Translations under genes and position numbers: made by a program
Assembly: GCA_029247315.1 (NCBI GenBank)
Contig: JAQWLM010000121.1
Span: forward strand, 8,620 to 72,619
Length of the DNA: 64,000 nt
Reading direction: 5' to 3'
From: Verrucomicrobiota bacterium
GTDB taxonomy: Bacteria; Verrucomicrobiota; Verrucomicrobiia; Limisphaerales; AAA164-E04
Notes under the pieces: generated by a model
Database searches by the model: none
Told to the model about the DNA's origin: nothing
The model's input: the letters and a program-made list of their open reading frames with translations, nothing else
Shown here: positions 40,393 through 48,800 of the stretch, one piece after another
Numbering within the stretch: position 1 is the first letter of the stretch
Layout of the letters: every line of letters begins with the position of its first letter

Positions 40393-41877
40393 TTAAATAT
40401 ATTGCTTTCTGAGATGGGAAGGCAATATGTTCAGCTCGTTTCGATACTTGGCAACGGTTCGACGTGCAATCTTGATTTCTTTGACAAGAAGGTTTTTCAC
40501 AATCTGATCGTCGGAAAGAGGTTTGCCAGCGTCCTCGGATCGCACCATGTCTTGGATGATGTCCTTGACGCTCGCATTGGAAACATTGTCGCCTGACGCG
40601 GTTTGAATACCCGATGTGAAAAAAAACTTCATCTCAAAGATACCCTGAGGACACTGGAGATACTTGCCTGAAACAGCCCGGCTCACGGTGGTTTCGTGCA
40701 CACCAACCTGCCCTGCTACCTGCATCATGGTCATGGGCTTGAGGCTGGTAATACCTTGATCAAAGAATGACTTCTGCCTGCGTACGATTTCGTTGGCGAT
40801 GTTGGTGATGGTCTGCTGGCGTTGATCGATGCTTTTGATGAGAAATTTACCGTTACGGATTTTTTCTCGGATGTATTCCTTCAAGTCAGGGGCGCTTGCA
40901 CTTTCTGATAGGAGATCCTTGTAGGTGTTACTGATTCGAATCCTGGGAATGTGGTCATTATTGGTCGTAACGGCATAGGTGCCATCATCGTTGCGCGTGA
41001 CAAATACCTCTGGAGCAACATAGGTCTCTCCATCATCACGACACACATTACCAGGTCTTGGATCAAGGCTGCTGATGCGATTGGATGCTTGAACCACCTG
41101 TTCCAGGGAGACACCCATCTCTCGGGCAATATTGGGGAATTTACGTTTACCGAGCAGCTTAAAACAACGATCCAGAATACGATACTCGAGGGTGGTTTCC
41201 CGGTCGACCCTCTCCAGTTGCAGCATCAGACACTCCCTCAAGTCTCTGCCAGCAACTCCCGGAGGATCAAAATTTTGGACCAATTTAAGAATATCTTCGA
41301 TGGTTTCTTTGGGAGTATTCGTAGAAAAGACAAGCTCGTCCGTGGTGGCTTTGAGGTAGCCATGATCGTCGATATTGCCAATGAGAAGATCGGCAATTTG
41401 GTATTGCGAGGCATCTAGATCAGAGAGCCGCACCTGGTCACGCAAGGTTTCCTGCAACGATGTCGTGGTAGTGAGGCTATCGAACATATGCTGCCTACGA
41501 TCCTCGTCCTCTTTTGAATGTCGCGGCGCAGGAAGGGCTGTCTCTGAGAAATAGTCACGCCATTCCTGATCAAGTTGAGAGAGTTTTTCGATCTGAGACT
41601 GCCACTCCTCCGGAGATTCTGCAGAATTATCAGTGGTGGAAAAATCTTCAGGGGCTTGATCATCGCCCGTTTCCGATGTGGACTCGCCGGGCGTTTCCTT
41701 GTTCTTTTGGTCAAGCTCAGGCAACTCTTCCAACACAGGATTTTGCTCAAGCTCTTGGTTCACTAGAGCTTTCAATTCCAGCATTGGAGCCTGCAGGAGC
41801 GCAAGCGATTGCTGCAACTGTGGCGCAAGCATTTGCTGTAGCGCCATTTTTTGTGAAAGGTAAAGACCTTGAGCCAT
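40393..41877 (-). CDS. rpoN: RNA polymerase sigma-54 factor
   Basis: Gln/Leu-rich region I MAQGLYLSQKMALQQMLAPQLQQSLALLQAPMLEL, an acidic linker, a core-binding region, HTH GVHETTVSRAVSGKY and RpoN box ARRTVAKYR. I prefer ATG 41877 to the TTG at 41943 used by the ORF track. Confidence 0.92.
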   Translation of the reverse strand: MAQGLYLSQKMALQQMLAPQLQQSLALLQAPMLELKALVNQELEQNPVLEELPELDQKNKETPGESTSETGDDQAPEDFSTTDNSAESPEEWQSQIEKLSQLDQEWRDYFSETALPAPRHSKEDEDRRQHMFDSLTTTTSLQETLRDQVRLSDLDASQYQIADLLIGNIDDHGYLKATTDELVFSTNTPKETIEDILKLVQNFDPPGVAGRDLRECLMLQLERVDRETTLEYRILDRCFKLLGKRKFPNIAREMGVSLEQVVQASNRISSLDPRPGNVCRDDGETYVAPEVFVTRNDDGTYAVTTNNDHIPRIRISNTYKDLLSESASAPDLKEYIREKIRNGKFLIKSIDQRQQTITNIANEIVRRQKSFFDQGITSLKPMTMMQVAGQVGVHETTVSRAVSGKYLQCPQGIFEMKFFFTSGIQTASGDNVSNASVKDIIQDMVRSEDAGKPLSDDQIVKNLLVKEIKIARRTVAKYRNELNILPSHLRKQYI

Positions 41878-42275
41878 ATCAGTTATACAATATGCATGTA
41901 CTCTAGGATTTTTCAAGGCAAACAGGCATGAAGATTGCTGCAAAGCCTTTTTTCAACTTCAGGAGGCACCGCCTTGCTTCATGGACCCCTGTGATCTATT
42001 TAAGGGAAAACAATCTTCTATGGACCATGCCGTGAGGAGCAGAAATTGGAAGGGTTACCTTCAATGGCATACACCATTAACCAGCATCATGGCATTTTAA
42101 TGCAGTAGTCATGCAAATGCTTCAGAGGTCTGGTCATGTAGAGTTTAAAATGCAGGATGCTGGAGAAATTGCTCTTTTGCCGTTAACGCTGAGGGAAGGC
42201 ACGAGTTGCACTTACTATTATGAGCCAGTCTCAGATAAACCAGCACACGCTTTAATCGAAAAAAGTTAAAAGCTT

Positions 42276-42779
42276 TCAGGATTTGGTATCAGGCTGGTGA
42301 TGGCATAATGCCTTTTCAGCCTCTTCCCTTAGATTCGAAAAATTGCCCTCCTCACAACAGTGGACAAATCCTTCGGTCACAGATTTCAGCTGTTCCCAAC
42401 GCCTGCGGATGCTCTTGGCTTCAATTTCATTGATCTGATTATCACCAGCGGCGCATGCCACGACCGAAAGTAAATCTGCAAATTCTTGAACAATGGTGTG
42501 GGTAGCAGGAATCAGATAAACGGGATCGGAGTGGGAATCTTTGGGGTTACTGATATAAAATCCATTGCCTTTTTTACAAATCCATTGGAGCAACCTCTCA
42601 TCGTGGGTGCTTTCAACAAGTGCCCCCATTCGGTCCAGCGGATTGGCCGTTCCACTTCCACTCTCACCAACAGGTTGAGCCCACTTATATATCATGGAAA
42701 GGGAAAGCCCCATATCCTCAGCGATTTGCTTTGGATTTCCATCCTTAAACACCTCATGCAAAACCTCATGTGAATCCAT
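42276..42779 (-). CDS. Small HTH protein (phage CII/CP76-like layout?), last gene of the filament operon
   Basis: 167 aa. The N-terminal helix-turn-helix candidate PKQIAEDMGLSLSMIYKWAQP is followed by ...NPLDRMGALVE..., which resembles the layout of CII-type regulators. Starts 47 nt after the giant protease gene. Family not verified. Confidence 0.45.
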   Translation of the reverse strand: MDSHEVLHEVFKDGNPKQIAEDMGLSLSMIYKWAQPVGESGSGTANPLDRMGALVESTHDERLLQWICKKGNGFYISNPKDSHSDPVYLIPATHTIVQEFADLLSVVACAAGDNQINEIEAKSIRRRWEQLKSVTEGFVHCCEEGNFSNLREEAEKALCHHQPDTKS

Positions 42780-42826
42780 AGTAGCGGAGTATGGAATCAG
42801 AACCGAGCATATAAAGCAACATTGAT

Positions 42827-45800
42827 CTATGGAGAGGAAATTAGATGCACACGATAAAATCTCGGGGATACAAGACCACCCGTCATGGATCCATCATCGA
42901 TGAATTCGTAGGAACCCGTCGACGATGTCATCTTGTCGGGGATATTCGTCCAAGGTCCCAGGAGAGAATCTGCGTAAGAAATCAGGCAAACAGAGCCAGG
43001 TTCGGCCATCCATTGTAACTTCACTTGCCCCGCATCAAGAGCAACATGATCAATTTCAATGGACGCCAAGGTATTATGTCTAACACCAGCTCCGTCTTCG
43101 ATCGGCGTATCTGACTTGATAACGGCAATACGATAGAGACGATGCAATCCCTGAAGATCCAGGCAATAGGAGAGGGGTTCATTTGAACTGGACAAGGTAT
43201 CCAGAACCTCCCAATCGGGGTTTTTCAAATCTTCCAAACCCTGAACCTGATAGAGGCTTGACCCTTGCGGCTCCCAAGTAAGGCAAACCTGATCATTACT
43301 GAGCACCAGCCTGGGATCGATATACCCAGTGATCGAGGGTTCTGGAGAAGGCTGAGTGGTTTCCATACCCATCCGCACCCTGAAAAATCTATTTGCTGTG
43401 GGAAGGTCCAGACAGTAGGCAGCTTGTTTGCCACTGGCCAGGACCGTGGCAATTTCATTCCAAATGGGTGTATTCAACGAGGGAATTCCATCAATATGAT
43501 AGGAACGGCCGGATTCTGCATTCCATTGGATGCAAACCTGATTCCCATCCAGCAACAGACTGGCCTCAACAAAAGATTCTCCGGTTGTCGGTTCCTGCAA
43601 TGCACCCACCAGGATTCGGAAAAAACGATAAGGAGATGTCAATTCGATGCAATAGTCACTGGATACCGAAGTCGCCACAAGTGTGTCCAGATCAACCCAG
43701 TCTTCTTGATCTAGCCCCTCCCTACCTTGCACCACATAAGCACGGTTTGGCTCCGTATCCCAGGAAATGCAGAGTTGGCCATTCAGTAAAGCCAATGCAG
43801 GCTCGATGGAAGGTAGGATTGGCTCGACCGACGATTCCGTCTGCTCGACACGGAAAAAACGGTAGGGAGTCGTCGATTCAAAACAATGTTCCATTGCAGC
43901 GCTGTCTGCGGTGATATCAATGATGTCCGACCAGGCCCCTTCCAACAGGTTCATCCGACCCTGCAATTGGTAGGATTGCCCCACCGAGGCTGGCCAGGAG
44001 ACACAAATGGAATCACTCCTGAGGTCCACTATCGGATCGATAAAGGCACTCGGTGTTTCATTCTCCAGCCGAAGCACCACCCTGAAAAACTGATGTTCAA
44101 CAGGCAAATCCAAGCAATATTCACTCAACAGGTCGCTTGCGACAATGGGGCCAGCCAAACCATCCCAGACAGGATCCTCCTCCAGAACCTTTCCTTCGAG
44201 CCAGTAACTCTTCCCCATTTCGGATTCCCAGGTAATACATATTTGATCACCAAGAAAGAGCAGGTCAGAAGGCACCTCAATAAAGGTGGGCTGATCTGGA
44301 AAAGACTGATCGGCCATGATCTGATAATCAACCTCTGAAGATTCGCGATTGATCACCGCCAAATACCATCTGCCAGGTTTAATCCTTGGAACGGAATCCT
44401 GGTTCAATCGGATCATTTCATCAAGCGTATCAGGGTTGATACTTGCGTAGTCAAAGTTTTGCAAATCAGGGGGCACATCAAATTGAAGTAAGAGATCGAC
44501 GTTGCCAGCCTGTCCATTCTCAAGATTTGAAAGTTGGAAAGTGGTCTCCGTTGACTCCTCGTCGACGTCGAAATAATAAAGATCGGGCGTGGCAGGTAAA
44601 TTGGGCAGATTACCTGCAATGGTATTTGGAAACAAAATACCATCCTCAAGGGGTATGATCGACAGCTCTGCCTGGTAGGAGCCACGGATTCGATACGTCA
44701 CCTGCTCACTGGCTTCCCGATTTACGACAGCCACGTACCATTCCCCACCACTGAGGACAACTTTGGAAGTTGCATCCAAGACAATCGTCTCGCTCAGGTC
44801 TCCAGGATTTGAGCTTGTGGCATCCTGATCGACCAAGGAGGGAAGTTTTCCCTTTTTGAGGAGAAGGTCCACATTGCCATCATTACCACCCATAATGGGG
44901 TCTATGGTGAAGGTCACTTCTTCTGCTGCTGGATCCACCACGAATCTGTAAAAATCCATTTCTTCTGGGTGTTCCTCAAGTTTCATAGCGACGGTATTGG
45001 TCATCCAGACTTGATTGGTCAGGGTGATGACAGGGGGCATGTTTGTTTCCAGGCTGGCACGTATCGTGAAGTTGAGATCCTCCGATCGTTGGTTCAAGAC
45101 TGCCAGGAACCAGTTACCATCCAGGGAGGGTTGTGACTCATTGGTCCGAACCAGCATTTTACCGCTGCCGGGCCGTTCGGAAAAAACCTCCCTGATCAGA
45201 CGATGATTATCCTTGGAAGGAAGGGCTTCCTTCTCAAGAACGAACTGCGCATCCCCATCGGTTTGAACAATCTCAAAGCGAGCCGCCGCCGCATTTGTGC
45301 TGGCCACTTCGAACATGAAATAATTATCAATCACGCCATCGTCCGAGGCAAAGTTGTCTCCCACCGTGAAGTCAATGGCTTCACCGTCCGTCAAACGGAT
45401 GATGTTGTAAGGTACCGTGGTTTCAGTCACCTTGATGTTGTAGTCGACAGCCGTTTGGCTGGGTTCAACGTTGTAAACACCGATGTAATAACTCCCGGGA
45501 AGGATCGTGGCAGGAGGGATATTAGTGATCGAAAGCATCTCGGTCTGCAATCCCGCAAAGTCGGAGCGCTGATCAAAAAGTGCAAGGTTAGGTAAGGGCA
45601 AACCGTGTTTTTCAACCATGTTCACGTCCCCGTTGACAGGTTCCAACTCAAAATCCAGATTCACCACATTGGACCCAGTCCGATATCGATAATACTGCAT
45701 CTCGATGTCTTCGGTGAAGGGGATCGTGCTACTGTATGGAATCTGGTTGGTGAGATCGATGATGTGCACATCGTCGGCATCGAACTCGAGGCATAACTCA

Positions 45801-48800
45801 TAATCCTGCTCATAAGCTGACTTGTTGTTGGCAACAGCCAGATAGTAGCGTTGCCCGGGTTTCAGTACCGGAGATGCGAGTGTGCCAAGCTTGTTGGTTT
45901 CAGGATCGAAAAAAGTCATACCATCCACGGAAATCAGCATCCCCTCGCCTTCATTGACTCCATTGAAGTCTATGGGAGGCAACATGTCGGGTGGTATTTC
46001 CCCTGTCGGAACACCCACGTGATCAAACCACATCTCGAGATCACCAGAACCCTTGAGCCAGTTGGTGGCCATGGTCGCAACCCGGGGTACTTCAACCACG
46101 AAATAGTTAACCTCATCGACATCCAATTGACCGGCATAGCATTGCCCGTTGCGCAAGGTAACGGCCTGAACATTGGTATTGGCCAAACTCAGGAGCAATT
46201 GCCAATTCTGGAGCATCGGTAGCGGTTCCATGCCCCCATCACGGGTGTCGTTGATTTCCAGTGTCCAATCACCCATGGCAGATTCACCCTTCAGTGATTC
46301 CAAAGGCTCCTCTGGCAGGAAGAATTTCACCGCGGCAGCGTCCCGTATCTCAATTTCATCCAGCGACATCGGTGGGCGGCCCTTGACATAAGTGAATTCG
46401 AGCAGTGTTTCAGGTCGTGCTGGCACAAATCGGACGGGGGTGTTACGTCGCCAGCGAATGGACCCATCAACCAATTGTGCACGACGCCCATCGAGATAGA
46501 CCACGCCAACGGATGATCCGCGTCCAGCCGAGGAACGGGTCGAATAGAACAAATCAACCTTGCGACCAGGCTCGGTAATGACACTCGTGGCGATACGGGA
46601 ACTGAATATGTTGAGGTAATTGCTTCCGTAAGGGGCAAAACGATCCAGGATACGCGTGCGACCAGCAACCACGTCCCAATTATTGCCATCCGCGTCCGCA
46701 CTGAAAGTAGTTCCAGCTGCATAAATGCCGGCACTTGCCTGCTCAAAGCCGCTCACAGGAGTCACGTTGACATTTGCATTGGTGGAAAAGGGCCCCTGGG
46801 CAAACTTGATCAAGGTATCTGAGTCCTCCAGATTGTCACTGAAACCACCATAGGAAATCTGCTGACCACTCCCCTGCCCGAAACCTGTCACGTCGGAAGT
46901 TCCTCGATTTTCGACCAACAGCACACGCGTTCCCTTGGGACTGACCAAATGCACACTCAGATCCGATAGCCTCGGATGATCGAGCCTCAGCCCAACTTTT
47001 GCCTCGGAGACGGCACGGGCGTCTGGAATGAAAATGGGGGATTCGGTTCGTCCAAAATCCAGGACAGGCACCTCGACCTCATCAGGATAGAAAGGTTGTT
47101 CAGCATCAATGATCAGGTTTCTTTCGATGTCATAGGTCAGTCTGAAATTGACTACGTCGGGATTGGGATTGTAGATACCTATGAAGTAACGCCCCGCATT
47201 CAGGGGCGGTATATCCCTGGGAGTCAGGGTCACACTGACAATACTCTCACCCTCCAGACCAAGGGTTCGCTTATCATACTGAGTTTGTGTCGGCAACTCT
47301 TCGTGCCTCAGGTAGAGATCGAGGGGAAGTTCAAACTCTGTCAAATTGGCTGTGAAAGCACTGGCGTCTGCCGGCACATCCACGAAAAAGTAGGCAAATG
47401 TCTCGCCTTGGACAGAACTGACAACGCCCTCGTCACCGAGCAACTGGTTGGGAGTGGCTACCACCCTGAAACCGGACAGGGTCCCTGTCTGCCCAAGTGC
47501 GTTGTCCACCATGGTCATGAGCCAAACCCCGACTCCGTTTTCACCGATGAAATTGATCAGGTTGCCCGGTCCATCCGATGGTATGGAGTTGGCGAAGGAA
47601 CCAAAGTCATCGTAGACGGCATCCAAAAACACAGCGCTTCCTTGGGGACTGAAGAGGGTATGGTTATTCAGCACAGCTGAAATACCATTGTGTGAAATAC
47701 TTCCTAACAAATCACCGATATCCTGATGTACCACTGTCTGCTCAACGGTGACGCTCTGGACGGTCAAACCATTCAAAGGATTACCAATGGCAATACCCAA
47801 TCCAGCCCCGGGATTGCCAGGTGTACCGTCGGGAATCACACCCTGGTTCAAGGGAATCCCCCTGAATACCCGGTTACCATTATCATCGGTAAAATCAAAC
47901 GGATCCTCCTGAGATAATCCAACAAAGGCGTATTGGGCGCCCTGATGATCCTCAGACTTAACCCCAACGTAATAGACCACGTCATCACCAAGTGGTTGAT
48001 TCTCAAGCAAAACGACTTCAGTGCCTCCTTGATTCAGCGACGTATTGGCCCCGGCGACGGCAGCAGGGCTCAGGTCCATGAGGGATGGATCGCGCGAAAC
48101 ATAAAGGTCAATATCCGCCTCGCTCACGCGTGGACGCGCGAGGTCTGGAGGGAGAAATGTCACGAAGGCCACATTGGGTCCGTTGGTAAACCCGACATCA
48201 TTGGTAGACGGAAGTGAGTTGGTGAACATGTAGAACTGCCACTGCTGGGAGAGTCCATCGACACTTCCCAGCAAAGGTGCGTTGGCACCAACACGATCCT
48301 CAAGACGTGGTATCCCGTTGGTGATGGCAATCACCGGAGGCAAAATCGGTGGAAGAGGTGTCTCGAGGTCCTTCAATTCAAAGGGCGATTCGAGTTCTGA
48401 ATCATCCCCACTGCTGATGACCAGGGCGAAATCCTGCACCACGCCATCTGGATGGTCGAAAACCGCATTCACATTCACACGCCTCCCAATCACGGATACA
48501 ACATAATTCGTGTTGAGAGGCCCGTTGATGTAGATATTTTCAACATTGTTGACCACGTCTGCACGCGGGATACTGTTGGAAGGTGACATTCGCGTGAACA
48601 TGGAAGCCTCCCCAAAGTCGTTTCCGTAAAAAACCTCACCCGAAACTGCATTTGAAACCACCAGATCGAGGTCATTGACCAGCTTTATTCCTGCAGCGGG
48701 ATTACCTGGTGGATCCGTCCATACGAGCGAAAACCTGAGGGGAAAAGCACGCGCCCCGTTGGTGGAAAGATTCAGGTTCCAGGAAACACTTTCACCCGTA

